Of a stretch of DNA of 64,000 nt, positions 8,370 through 18,059 are shown in pieces (position 1 is the first letter of the stretch; the number at the start of each line of letters is the position of its first letter). This DNA comes from Patescibacteria group bacterium (lineage in GTDB: Bacteria; Patescibacteriota; UBA1384; 2-12-FULL-50-11): the NCBI GenBank assembly GCA_016861245.1, contig BOKZ01000001.1, positions 487,006 through 551,005 of the forward strand, given 5' to 3'. The notes beneath the pieces are model-generated. The model did not search any database, was not told the origin of the DNA, and saw only the letters and a program-made list of their open reading frames with translations. The translations under genes were made by a program, and so were the position numbers.

Positions 8370-11184
8370 GTTGTTCTTCCCTCAAGAACCGACCTGTAAT
8401 CGACTGTCCACACTTAATGATGTCTTCTGGCGTACCTTCAGCTACTACTTCGCCGCCTCGTGTTCCGCCGTCTGGACCGAGATCAACAATCCAGTCAGCG
8501 CAGCGGATAACGTCAGTGTTATGCTCAATAACTATTACGGTATTGCCTTTATCAACTAACTGGTAGAGCACTTGCAGTAAGCGCTGAATGTCTTCGAAGT
8601 GAAGCCCGGTTGTTGGCTCATCAAGAATATAGAGTGTTTTACCGGTATCGCGCTTAGCTAGTTCAGCGGCAAGTTTAATTCGCTGCGCCTCTCCGCCTGA
8701 GAGCGTTGTTGCTGGTTGACCGAGGCGAACGTACCCTAATCCAACAGCCTGCAAGATATCAAGTTTCTCTCGAACTTCGATTTGATCCTGAAAGAAGGTG
8801 AGCGCCTCGTCGACGGTCATCGCCAAGATATCGCTAATGTCCTTACCGCGATAACGAATCTCTAGCGTTTCGGTGTTGTAGCGTTTCCCTTTGCACTCGG
8901 TACAAGTAACGTAAACGTCTGGCAAGAAGTTCATCTCGATTTTTATCTGACCGTCGCCGCGACAGTTCTCGCACCGTCCGCCCCGCAGGTTAAAACTAAA
9001 TCGAGATGGGTCGTACCCACGATCCATCGCCTCTCTGGTATTGGCGAATAGCTCGCGGATCGGGCCGAGCGCGCTGGTGTAGGTTGCTGGGTTTGAGCGC
9101 GGCGTGCGGCCGATCGGTGATTGATCGATATTAATAATATTATCTATTGCTTCTAGCCCTGTAATTTTTTCGTGCGGCGCTGCTTCGTTCGAAGAGCTGC
9201 GAAAATGATTCTCAACGGCAACGGCGAGCGTATCTTCAACTAACGTCGATTTACCCGAACCGGAGACGCCGGTAACACAGATAAGTTTGTTGAGAGGAAA
9301 ATTGGCGGTGACGTTTTTTAAATTATTCCCCGTCGCGCCGTGGACAGTTAAAACTTGCTCGGCGTGATCGTGTCGGTGTTGTGGGAGGCGAATTAGCTTT
9401 CGGTTTGACAGATACTGACCGGTGATCGAGTTGCTGTCCGCCATCACTTCTTTCGGTGTGCCCTGCGAGATTATCTCGCCGCCCTGTTCTCCGGCTCCTG
9501 GTCCCATGTCGATAAGATAATCAGCTCGAAGCATTGTCTCGCGATCGTGTTCTACGACTATAACGGTATTGCCGCGCTCCTTCAGTTCCTCGATTGTTTT
9601 TAGTAATTTCTCATGATCGCGAGCGTGTAAGCCGATCGAAGGCTCGTCGAGGATATAAACCACTCCTGTCAAGCCAGAACCGAGCTGGTTAGCTAAACGA
9701 ATTCGCTGCGCCTCGCCGCCGGCTAAGGTGGAACTAGTGCGATTAAGCGTGAGATACCCCAAGCCTACTTCAAGGAGGTACTCAAGCCGAGAGGTGATTT
9801 CTTTTGTGATCGGCTCTGAAATCTTCTGATCGGCGCTAACTGTGCTCTTTTGGAGTTTTTTAAAGAACGCCAATGCTTCCTCGATTGTCTGACTGGTAAT
9901 ATCGATAATATTTTTATCCTCAATTTTAATTGAGAGCACTTCAACGCGCAGACGTTGGCCGTTACAGATATGGCAAAGTTTCTCGACCATGTACTTTTCG
10001 ATTTCGGCTTTAAGATAGTCTGAGTCGGTCTCCTGATATCGGCGTTCAAGGTTCGGTAATACTCCTTCGAATCGATCGTCGTTCTCGCCAGCTTCGCCGT
10101 TGAGAATGATATCAAGCGTGTTTTTTGGTAAGTCGCCGACCGGTGTGTCGAGGCTAAATTTATACTTAACGGATAGGTCGTGAAGCGCTTTCTGGTACCA
10201 GCTAGTCTGCGATGTCGTTCGACTCCACGGACGAATCGCGCCCTCTGCTAGAGTTAAACGGGGGTTCGGTAATACCAATTCTGGTTCTGCTACGAGCCGT
10301 ACTCCTAATCCCTGGCAAGACTGACACGCACCTTCGGGGTTATTAAACGAAAAGAGGCGTGGCTCGATGTCGGGGAATTGCCAACCGCATTGATGACAGG
10401 CGTATTTTTGGGAGTAGAATCGTTCTTTCTCCTTGATCGGTGAGACTCCGATCACCAAACCGCTACCAATTTTTAGCGAGCGCTCGACAGTTTTAAGTAA
10501 ATCAGCAAAAACTACCTCACGAGACTGATCGTTGCTGACCGGAAAGTCCATCGAACCAGTTAAAAACTCGATAGTGTGTCGTTTATTTTTATCGATCGTT
10601 AGGCCGATCGCTTCGTCGATGTCCATCTCAACGCCGTCGATGCGTGCCTTCAATACTCCGCTTTTTTTACCTTGTTTAAGATGGTATTTATGTTCGCCTT
10701 TACGACCCTGGATAATGACGGCATACAGTTTTACTTTTAACGTATCGTCGTTTGTAAATTCTTCTAAAATCAATTTTGCGATGGTTTCGGGATTTTGCTG
10801 TTTAACGACGATCCCGCATTTCGGGCAGTACGGTTTACCGAGGCGCGAGAAAAGCAAGCGGAGAAAGTCATAAATTTCGGTTGTCGTTGCTACTGTTGAA
10901 CGAGGGTTGCGTGCTGCTGTCTTTTGATCGATCGCGATCGCTGGGGCAAGCCCGTCGATGTAGTCAAAGTCGGGTTTTTCGATGTCGCTCATAAACTGTC
11001 TGACGTACGACGAGAGGCTCTCGACGTAACGGCGCTGACCTTCAGCGAAAATTGTGTCGAATGCAAGCGAAGATTTCCCAGAACCGGAAAGGCCAGTGAT
11101 CACAGTGATCTGGTTTTTTGGTATTTCAACGGTGAGGTTTTTTAGATTGTGGGTTCTGGCGCCAACAACGTGAATTTTTTCCAT
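8341..11184 (-). CDS. uvrA: excinuclease ABC subunit A, paralog 1, divergent full-length class-I-like
   Basis: 947 aa; two ABC modules ([18 protein letters not shown]), zinc-finger Cys clusters, LSGGE signatures. Confidence 0.9.
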   Translation of the reverse strand: MEKIHVVGARTHNLKNLTVEIPKNQITVITGLSGSGKSSLAFDTIFAEGQRRYVESLSSYVRQFMSDIEKPDFDYIDGLAPAIAIDQKTAARNPRSTVATTTEIYDFLRLLFSRLGKPYCPKCGIVVKQQNPETIAKLILEEFTNDDTLKVKLYAVIIQGRKGEHKYHLKQGKKSGVLKARIDGVEMDIDEAIGLTIDKNKRHTIEFLTGSMDFPVSNDQSREVVFADLLKTVERSLKIGSGLVIGVSPIKEKERFYSQKYACHQCGWQFPDIEPRLFSFNNPEGACQSCQGLGVRLVAEPELVLPNPRLTLAEGAIRPWSRTTSQTSWYQKALHDLSVKYKFSLDTPVGDLPKNTLDIILNGEAGENDDRFEGVLPNLERRYQETDSDYLKAEIEKYMVEKLCHICNGQRLRVEVLSIKIEDKNIIDITSQTIEEALAFFKKLQKSTVSADQKISEPITKEITSRLEYLLEVGLGYLTLNRTSSTLAGGEAQRIRLANQLGSGLTGVVYILDEPSIGLHARDHEKLLKTIEELKERGNTVIVVEHDRETMLRADYLIDMGPGAGEQGGEIISQGTPKEVMADSNSITGQYLSNRKLIRLPQHRHDHAEQVLTVHGATGNNLKNVTANFPLNKLICVTGVSGSGKSTLVEDTLAVAVENHFRSSSNEAAPHEKITGLEAIDNIINIDQSPIGRTPRSNPATYTSALGPIRELFANTREAMDRGYDPSRFSFNLRGGRCENCRGDGQIKIEMNFLPDVYVTCTECKGKRYNTETLEIRYRGKDISDILAMTVDEALTFFQDQIEVREKLDILQAVGLGYVRLGQPATTLSGGEAQRIKLAAELAKRDTGKTLYILDEPTTGLHFEDIQRLLQVLYQLVDKGNTVIVIEHNTDVIRCADWIVDLGPDGGTRGGEVVAEGTPEDIIKCGQSITGRFLREEQHEREQKVAA

Positions 11185-11284
11185 AAATATGAACTAGTTT
11201 GTGCTGTTGGCAAGTGTAGCATGTTTTACGGTGGTCATACAAGGGTCTGAGGGTCTTGCAATTTGGTAGCCAACAGTTACAACT

Positions 11285-11794
11285 GTGAAAGAGAAAAAAG
11301 GAGTAATGAAGGAGGAAGTAATGTTAAAAACTGGTCCGAATGATGGTGTAAGCGGTCCTGGTACAGTCGTCGGCGTTAACGTCGCACTATCAGGTACGCT
11401 GAAAGATCAGAACGATATCGCAGTGTACGGTATGGTCGACGGCGAAGTAGTCTCAGATAAGTCTGTGACAGTCGGTCAAACCGCTCAAGTAAAGGGTCCT
11501 GTTCGCGGTAAGGTAATAACAATCGCCGGCGTGGTGCGCGGCTCGATCGACGCGTCGGAAAAGTTAGAGATACTTGAGACCGGGAAAGTTTTCGGTAGTA
11601 TCGCTACTCGCGATTTAGTGGTTCGCTCAGGTGCGGTGATCGCCGGCAAGGTCGCAATGGGCGCCGACGAAGGCGAAGAACCAGAGATAAAAGCCCCTGA
11701 AGATACAGAGCAAAAAGATGAATCGATCGAACAATCGACCGAGCCCGAGGCGTCAGCTCAGGAAGCGGCAGAACTAACACCGGACGAGGAGTAA
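11285..11794 (+). CDS. bactofilin-family polymer-forming protein with acidic C-terminal tail
   Basis: Repetitive beta-helix pattern GTLKDQNDIAVYGMVDGEVVSDKSVTVGQTAQVKGPVRGKVITIAGVVRGSIDASEKLEI... Confidence 0.65.
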   Translation: MKEKKGVMKEEVMLKTGPNDGVSGPGTVVGVNVALSGTLKDQNDIAVYGMVDGEVVSDKSVTVGQTAQVKGPVRGKVITIAGVVRGSIDASEKLEILETGKVFGSIATRDLVVRSGAVIAGKVAMGADEGEEPEIKAPEDTEQKDESIEQSTEPEASAQEAAELTPDEE

Positions 11795-11818
11795 TTGCTG
11801 CCATTGGCGGCGAAGTAG

Positions 11819-12547
11819 ATGTACTACTACATCCTTGAATCCCCATCGAGTCGTGCGATCCGTCAGAATTATCAGCGATTGCGTGATCTGCTGACGAATT
11901 TTGGTATCGCCGGCGAAATGGTAACCGCGAGTCCGGCTCGTACTCCGGCCGAACTTACGAATATGGGGATCTCAAAGGGATATTCGACAATTGTTGCTGT
12001 CGGATCCGACGCTCACATTAATCAAATTGCCACCTCCTTACTCGGAAGAGCGGTGCTGGGAATTATCCCGATCGGCGCCAGCGACGAGATCGTCGAACTA
12101 ATCGGCAGCGCCGATATTAAAGGCGCCGCTGAGTCGCTTAAACAACGCAAGATTAGTTTGCAGCCCACGTTGTTCATCGAACCCGATACACTAGTATTTC
12201 TCGATGGTGTAATCGAGACACAACAGCTTTGTAAGATCACGATCGTTTGTGACAACAAAGTCCGGATTCACGCCTACTTCAATAAACTCCGTGTTAACCG
12301 CAATTTAGAGATTGATCTCGAAAGTACTCACACAACAGAAGTAAAACGGTTTTTAGGCATTTTTGGCCCGACTGCGCAAAGCGTTACTTCAAGAAGCCAT
12401 TTTCATGGAAAAAACGTTCGCATCGTCACGGATCCGCCGTTAAAACTGACCGTCGCCGGTGAGGCAGTTGCGACCGCTCCACTCCAGTTACGATACGTCC
12501 CCGAGTCCTTGAAACTGATTACCAAACGTGGTACAGTTCTTGAGTAA
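11819..12547 (+). CDS. DAGK-catalytic-domain (YegS/BmrU lipid-kinase-like) protein with degenerate catalytic motifs
   Basis: Architecture matches DAGK_cat but GGDGT is GSDAH and GTGNDFAR is GASDEIVE. Confidence 0.45.
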   Translation: MYYYILESPSSRAIRQNYQRLRDLLTNFGIAGEMVTASPARTPAELTNMGISKGYSTIVAVGSDAHINQIATSLLGRAVLGIIPIGASDEIVELIGSADIKGAAESLKQRKISLQPTLFIEPDTLVFLDGVIETQQLCKITIVCDNKVRIHAYFNKLRVNRNLEIDLESTHTTEVKRFLGIFGPTAQSVTSRSHFHGKNVRIVTDPPLKLTVAGEAVATAPLQLRYVPESLKLITKRGTVLE

Positions 12548-12629
12548 CATGGGTGTCAAGTTTTTACCCAGTGGTAATGTACATTAAACCTCACGAAGTG
12601 ACGGTAGTTTTGATTGTGGGAGCCTAGCA

Positions 12630-13133
12630 ATAGAAAAAGAACTTCGAATTAACGAAGAGATAACCGCAGACAAAGTCCACCTAATTATGGAGGACGGACG
12701 ATCAGCTGGCGACGTCTCACTCGATCAAGCCCGCTATCTTGCGGCGCAGTACGATCTAGACCTTGTAGAGATCGCCCCCAAAGCTGTACCTCCGGTCGCG
12801 CGGATCCTCGATTACAACAAATACCGTTATCAACAAGAGAAACACGCTCGTCAAACTGGTAAAAATACCAAAGGGAACGAGATGAAAGAAGTTAGACTCG
12901 GTTTCAAGACCGACGAGCACGATTTAACCACCAAGGCTAAGCGCGCTAAGCAGTTCCTAGAACAGGGCAACTTCGTTCGTGTCTTCATCACACTTCGCGG
13001 TCGTGAGAATATTTTTCCAGACAAAGCTAAACAAACTCTACAGGAGTTTCAGCAGCTTGTCGGAGCCACTGCCGAACAACCGATTACCCACATCGGCAAT
13101 AAAGTCGCCGTTATATTAAAGAATAAGAAATAA
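12630..13133 (+). CDS. infC: translation initiation factor IF-3, probable AUA start
   Basis: IF3 N-domain RINEEI...LDLVEI and C-domain KEVRLGFKTDEHDL...GNFVRVFITLRGRE; in-frame conserved N-terminus begins upstream of the first ATG; GGGAG 7 nt before ATA at 12630. Confidence 0.8.
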   Translation: MEKELRINEEITADKVHLIMEDGRSAGDVSLDQARYLAAQYDLDLVEIAPKAVPPVARILDYNKYRYQQEKHARQTGKNTKGNEMKEVRLGFKTDEHDLTTKAKRAKQFLEQGNFVRVFITLRGRENIFPDKAKQTLQEFQQLVGATAEQPITHIGNKVAVILKNKK

Positions 13134-13135
13134 AG

Positions 13136-13330
13136 ATGCCAAAAATTAAATCTCATAAAGCAGTTACTAAACGATTCCGAACCACTGGGTCTGGATTGTT
13201 GGTTGGTCGAAAAATGTCGGTCGCACACCGAGCCAGATTCAAATCTAAACGGGCCAAGCAAAACGCCGGTAACACTTTAGTTGTATCAAACGGGCACGCT
13301 AAGAAATTACGAAAGGTTGTAGGCAAGTAA
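13136..13330 (+). CDS. rpmI: 50S ribosomal protein L35
   Basis: [20 protein letters not shown]..., 64 aa basic protein following infC. Confidence 0.9.
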   Translation: MPKIKSHKAVTKRFRTTGSGLLVGRKMSVAHRARFKSKRAKQNAGNTLVVSNGHAKKLRKVVGK

Positions 13331-13332
13331 AC

Positions 13333-13692
13333 ATGGCACGCATTAAACGAGGTCTACAAGTTAAGAAACGTCACAAAAAATTATTACGACTAACAAAAGG
13401 CTATAAACTTGGTCGGAATAATCTCTTCCGACAAGCAAAACAAGCGTTATTGAAGGCCGGACAGTTTGCGTATCGCGATCGTCGTAATAAAAAGCGAGAT
13501 TTTCGCAAACTCTGGATCGTCCAATTAAACGCTGCCGCTCGAGTTAACGGCCTAAGTTATAGCAAGCTAATCGCTGGTTTAAATAAAGCTGAGATCACTC
13601 TCAATCGAAAAGTGTTAGCGGAGCTGTCGATTTCAGCGCCTGAGCAGTTCGCGGCTATCGCCGAAAAGGCTAAAAAAGCGCTTCAGGACTAA
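13333..13692 (+). CDS. rplT: 50S ribosomal protein L20
   Basis: MARIKRG...[16 protein letters not shown]; canonical infC-rpmI-rplT order. Confidence 0.9.
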   Translation: MARIKRGLQVKKRHKKLLRLTKGYKLGRNNLFRQAKQALLKAGQFAYRDRRNKKRDFRKLWIVQLNAAARVNGLSYSKLIAGLNKAEITLNRKVLAELSISAPEQFAAIAEKAKKALQD

Positions 13693-14501
13693 TTTCGGCG
13701 TCGTCGGAAGATAAAGTTTTTAATTACTAACCCGACGTTATTTCGTTCGATGCGCGGTCCGTGCATCTTCCAGAACAGGATATAAACCAACACAATTAGT
13801 GCGAGGTAGACGAGCGCTTCAACGCGGCCGTTGCTACCTGCAAAATCCGCTCGAAGGGTTTTAATTAGTAATTCGCCCAGAAACAGCCCTTCAAGTGCCA
13901 GAAAGAAAACTACGCCGTTACTCAATCGTCTTGTTAGCCACGTTCGAAAGAGAAGAACTCCAACGATGATCGCCCAAACCGCGCTGAAGATATCGATCGG
14001 AAACACCCCGTTGACTGCCAAAAAACTGTCAGTCGGTCTTCCTATCGAACAAGTTGAGAGAAAACAACCAAATTTACCAACTGCCCAAGCGGCGAGCAAA
14101 CCAAGCGCCGCGATGTCGAGCGACTGCCATACCGAGTCTTTCTCCTTCCGAATAAAATAAAGGTACGTCAGAAATCCGACGACAATCCCACCGAGCGCGA
14201 CAAGCCCACCTTGCCAAAAGTACAATACCTGCCAAAAATTCTGGAATTGATTTGAGTAGATGAAGTAGTACGTCAATCGGGCGCCGATCAATGAGAACAG
14301 TAAAGTATAAAGAATGGTGTCAAAAAGGTGGTGCGTTTTTAACTTTCGATATTTTGTTGCGCGAAAGATTAATATTCCGCCGATAATCGTTCCAAGGGCG
14401 ATAAAAGTGCCAAATGAGTAGAACTTGAATCGACCGATCTCGAATAATATTGGGAGCATTACCTTGACAGTATTGCCGATTCCCGCCCGCTGGTCAAACA
14501 A
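13689..14501 (-). CDS. lgt: prolipoprotein diacylglyceryl transferase
   Basis: Polytopic membrane protein with Lgt signature region [15 protein letters not shown]. Confidence 0.75.
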   Translation of the reverse strand: MFDQRAGIGNTVKVMLPILFEIGRFKFYSFGTFIALGTIIGGILIFRATKYRKLKTHHLFDTILYTLLFSLIGARLTYYFIYSNQFQNFWQVLYFWQGGLVALGGIVVGFLTYLYFIRKEKDSVWQSLDIAALGLLAAWAVGKFGCFLSTCSIGRPTDSFLAVNGVFPIDIFSAVWAIIVGVLLFRTWLTRRLSNGVVFFLALEGLFLGELLIKTLRADFAGSNGRVEALVYLALIVLVYILFWKMHGPRIERNNVGLVIKNFIFRRRRN

Positions 14502-14544
14502 TTTACTCGAGAATCTCAGAGAATACAGGTATAATTTTGATCAA

Positions 14545-14616
14545 GCGCGGTTAGCTCAGCGGCAGAGCATTACCTTCACACGGTAGGGGTCAGTGGTTCG
14601 AATCCACTACCGCGCA
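14545..14616 (+). tRNA. tRNA-Val (anticodon CAC)
   Basis: GCGCGGTTAGCTCAGCGGCAGAGCATTACCTTCACACGGTAGGGGTCAGTGGTTCGAATCCACTACCGCGCA cloverleaf, anticodon loop UUCACAC. Confidence 0.85.
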
Positions 14617-14656
14617 CAATGGTAATACAATTAATTTCCGGTACAATTTTTCAGTA

Positions 14657-15196
14657 ATGTCACGATACTCATCGGTATTTGAAGTTTTTCGAGTGATCGC
14701 CATCGTTTTTATCTCGGCGGTCATCATTCGCTACTTTCTATTTCAACCGTTTATCGTTGAGGGATCGAGTATGGAACCAAACTATCACAACAGCGAGTAT
14801 CTATTTATCGAGAAAGTCTCGTACCGTTTTCGCGAACCGAAGCGCGGTGAAGTTGTGGTATTTCGGTACCCAAATAACCCGAGCATCAACTACATTAAAA
14901 GAATTATCGGAGTACCGGGTGATACTGTCCGAATTGAAAACGGGGTCGTCTCCGTTAACGGCAAGCAACTTTCTGAAGAATACCTAGAAGAAGGTACAAA
15001 AACGATCGTCAATCGATCGCCGGATTTGCCGTACGAAGTAACGGTCCCGAACCATAAATATTTTGTGATGGGCGATAACCGTTCGCACTCCTCGGATTCG
15101 CGCGATGGTTGGTTGGTTGATCGTCAGATGATCATTGGGCGATCAGCGGCGACGCTCTACACCAATTCTCCGTCTCAATCTCCAGTTACGTTTTAA
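14657..15196 (+). CDS. lepB: signal peptidase I
   Basis: GSSMEP (Ser), RGEVVVF, YIKRIIGVPGDTV (Lys box) S26 motifs. Confidence 0.85.
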   Translation: MSRYSSVFEVFRVIAIVFISAVIIRYFLFQPFIVEGSSMEPNYHNSEYLFIEKVSYRFREPKRGEVVVFRYPNNPSINYIKRIIGVPGDTVRIENGVVSVNGKQLSEEYLEEGTKTIVNRSPDLPYEVTVPNHKYFVMGDNRSHSSDSRDGWLVDRQMIIGRSAATLYTNSPSQSPVTF

Positions 15197-16230
15197 CGGG
15201 GAGTGTGCGTTTGAATCCAGTCTAATATTTGATTGATCCCGTCTTTTTTAATAGCCGAGATCGCCACTTGGTCGAAACGAGAGAGATGTCGATGCGTTGG
15301 TACGTTCGGGTTCTCCAAGAGATCGGTCTTATTAAACACAACCAGAACTGGTTTACCGAGCTCTTTGGCGTAGTAAATTAAATGGAGGTCGCCTCTAGTA
15401 CTGCCGGCCGTTGAGTCGAGCACAGCGATCACGATATCGGCTTGAGTTATCGCTGTTAGTGTTCGTTTAACACTAAACGCCTCGGGTCCGCGGTCAATTT
15501 TGCCGCGTCGACGAACTCCGGCGGTATCGGCGAGAACGTACTCCTGAGAGCCGATCGTTACTTTTTCAGTGACAATATCTCTGGTTGTACCGGCAAGCGG
15601 ACTCACTACTGCCCGTTGAGTGTTTGTTAATGCGTTTAGTAGTGTAGATTTTCCGACGTTCGGTCTTCCAACTAACGCGATTACTGGTTGCGGGTGGGAC
15701 GGGATTATTACGTTTGGTAAATAGTTACAAATTGCTTCGAGTAGATCGCCGGTCCCGCGTCCGCTACTAGCTGAAACTTCGTAGTACGGCAGTCCGATAT
15801 CTGATAATCGCTCGAGCTTATGAAGCCTGTGGATCGAATCGACTTTATTCGCTACCAGCCAAACGGTTCGCTTTCCTCGGAGTTGGTTAAGGAAGTTTTT
15901 ATTTCGATCGTGAAGACCGGTGGCGGCGTCGTACACAAAAAGCACTAAATCTGCTTCTTCAGTTGCCTTTTGCATCTGCTCGAAAATCTGTGGCGTCAGC
16001 TCAGAATCGTCGTCAACTAAGCCGCCGGTGTCGACCAAACTAAAGTACTGCCCTTGCCACTCTACCTCGCCGTACACCCTGTCCCGAGTCGTCGATTCCT
16101 CTTTGGCAGTAACTGCTTGCCACGAACCTGTTAATCGATTAAAAAGCGAAGATTTTCCGGCGTTTGTTGGTCCGATTAGCGCTACGAGTGGCAAGACCGA
16201 GTGATCAGTTGTTGTTGAAGGGTTTTCCAT
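15193..16230 (-). CDS. der: ribosome-biogenesis GTPase Der (EngA), two GTPase domains, no C-terminal KH domain
   Basis: Two G1 motifs GPTNAGKSSLFN and GRPNVGKSTLLN; about 346 aa ends after GD2. Confidence 0.85.
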   Translation of the reverse strand: MENPSTTTDHSVLPLVALIGPTNAGKSSLFNRLTGSWQAVTAKEESTTRDRVYGEVEWQGQYFSLVDTGGLVDDDSELTPQIFEQMQKATEEADLVLFVYDAATGLHDRNKNFLNQLRGKRTVWLVANKVDSIHRLHKLERLSDIGLPYYEVSASSGRGTGDLLEAICNYLPNVIIPSHPQPVIALVGRPNVGKSTLLNALTNTQRAVVSPLAGTTRDIVTEKVTIGSQEYVLADTAGVRRRGKIDRGPEAFSVKRTLTAITQADIVIAVLDSTAGSTRGDLHLIYYAKELGKPVLVVFNKTDLLENPNVPTHRHLSRFDQVAISAIKKDGINQILDWIQTHTPR

Positions 16231-16234
16231 TAGA

Positions 16235-17917
16235 ATGCAGGTGATGTTATACGCAGAGGTAATCGTGGCGACTAGAACGAACACACAAGAACTTACCTAT
16301 GCTGTTAGTGCTCAAATTGTACCTTATATAAGGTTGGGTAGTCTAGTTACCGTACCGCTCCGGCGTAAAACCGTACGCGGTGTTGTGGTTAGATTGCGTC
16401 AGAGCGTTCCAATTCAAATTAAATCGAAACTTCGGGAGATTCTTAATATTGATCGCAGCGGAATGATCGCTCCAGCATCAATTAAAGTTATGCAATCACT
16501 TTCAGAGCATTACGGTGCGAGTTTGGCAGAGGTTGCCTACCACTTGTTAAGAGAAACAACGCCGTCGGCAAGTAGCGGTTCTGTTGGTCAAAGCAAAGAC
16601 CCGATCTACGTCCAAGCAGCGTGGCTGCAGCGTCAAGAACAATATATGTCGTTGATTAAAGCGTTCCCGGGAAGAGTGCTTTTACTTTTTTCACAACAAG
16701 AATACCTTGCTTCGTTTGAGCGTTCGTTATTACAGACTCCAGCGTTGCGAAAACGATGCTTGTTAAAAACGTTATCTGGCGCCTTCTCCCAATTGCCGCT
16801 AGGCTCGATGATTATCGTCGACCAACCGTATCACATCGGTGGAAAGTCGATGCGTCGTCCGTTTATGACTACAAAAACGATCGCTGAAACTCGAGCGCAG
16901 TACGAGGAGCACCAACTTGTACTAGGTAACGGAGTGCTCGGGTTCGAGGAGATAATAAATGTGAGTGAGAAAAAAGCAAAACTTGTTTCTGTCTCGCCGT
17001 CGTCCGTATCGTTTGTAGTCACTAAACAAACTACGCGTCAGGGCATCGGCGAGACGACGATTAATCAAATTAACAAGGTGTTGTCGAAGCAAAAAAATGT
17101 CGCTGTTATCACCCCATCCGGGAGCTGGGCGCCGGCGTTCTTTTGCTCAGATTGCCAAAGCACGCTTCAATGTCCGCGCTGCGCGCGGCCGATCGGGCTA
17201 AATTCACCTACAACTCACCAGTGTCAGTATTGCGGTTATACACAACAGCGATTAACTGTCTGCCCGAGTTGCCAGAGCGAGAATCTAGTCGAAGTCGGCG
17301 TTGGGGTTCGACAGCTGCAAGCGTTTATTAAAAAGCACATCCCGAAGTCGGTGGTAGTTGAATTAGGCGATAAAGACCTAGATAACGGCGGTAAAATACT
17401 CGTCACTAATGAAAAGTTTTTCAGCAACCCCATTCATCGGTTTGGCTTAGTTGTATTAGTCGGTTGGGATCGATTAGTTTCTGGTGTTTTTCCCGACGGC
17501 AACTGGCGTCTGCTTAACACTATCATCGAGATTCAAGGCCAAGTACCGTCGATTGTGGTTGAGACGCTCTACCCTGAACACTACTGCTGGGGAAACGTTA
17601 CAGCCGAAAAACTCCGTCGTTTTTTTGAAGAAGAGCTGAAAGAACGACGACGCTTATCGCTCCCGCCGTACGGGCAGATTATCGAGGTTGTCGGTCGCGG
17701 TTCGATTCGCACACTAGAGCATCAACAGGAAGAATTATTACAAAAACTTGAGTCAAAAGGATACATTGTCCTACCAAAATCTTCGCTCGTTCGTGGCAAA
17801 AGTTACGAACTATCGTTATCGGTTTTTTCTTCAAAAAAATTTTCAACCAAACAGAAGCAACTAATCCGTGAGCAATTACCGCCAAGTTGGCATTTAGATG
17901 TCGACATTGCGAGTTAG
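16235..17917 (+). CDS. priA: primosomal protein N' (PriA)-like with cysteine-rich zinc region but degenerate helicase ATPase motifs
   Basis: N-terminal 3'-DNA-binding-domain-like region, CSDC...CPRC...CQYC...CPSC zinc cluster; expected GxGKT position reads LLLFSQQEY and DExH position reads IVDQPYH. Confidence 0.65.
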   Translation: MQVMLYAEVIVATRTNTQELTYAVSAQIVPYIRLGSLVTVPLRRKTVRGVVVRLRQSVPIQIKSKLREILNIDRSGMIAPASIKVMQSLSEHYGASLAEVAYHLLRETTPSASSGSVGQSKDPIYVQAAWLQRQEQYMSLIKAFPGRVLLLFSQQEYLASFERSLLQTPALRKRCLLKTLSGAFSQLPLGSMIIVDQPYHIGGKSMRRPFMTTKTIAETRAQYEEHQLVLGNGVLGFEEIINVSEKKAKLVSVSPSSVSFVVTKQTTRQGIGETTINQINKVLSKQKNVAVITPSGSWAPAFFCSDCQSTLQCPRCARPIGLNSPTTHQCQYCGYTQQRLTVCPSCQSENLVEVGVGVRQLQAFIKKHIPKSVVVELGDKDLDNGGKILVTNEKFFSNPIHRFGLVVLVGWDRLVSGVFPDGNWRLLNTIIEIQGQVPSIVVETLYPEHYCWGNVTAEKLRRFFEEELKERRRLSLPPYGQIIEVVGRGSIRTLEHQQEELLQKLESKGYIVLPKSSLVRGKSYELSLSVFSSKKFSTKQKQLIREQLPPSWHLDVDIAS

Positions 17918-17934
17918 CGCAGACTAACTAACGA

Positions 17935-18040
17935 CCCTAGCGCTCGATTTTGAACAACTTGTTGTGAAAAACGGATGCTAGTCTCGATTTTGAACAACTT
18001 GTTGTGAAAACGAGCCCTAGCGCTCGATTATCTCCTCCTG
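17935..18040. repeat. tandem direct repeats (about 2.3 copies of a roughly 48-bp unit) in the priA-def intergenic region
   Basis: tcgattttgaacaacttgttgtgaaaa occurs twice and ccctagcgctcgatt three times between 17935 and 18040. Confidence 0.7.
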
Positions 18041-18059
18041 TTAGAGTAAAATTACTCTT

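Noticed and set aside
17935-18040. CRISPR array
   Set aside because: Only 2-3 repeat copies of about 48 bp with no unique spacers of CRISPR length; no cas genes in the window.
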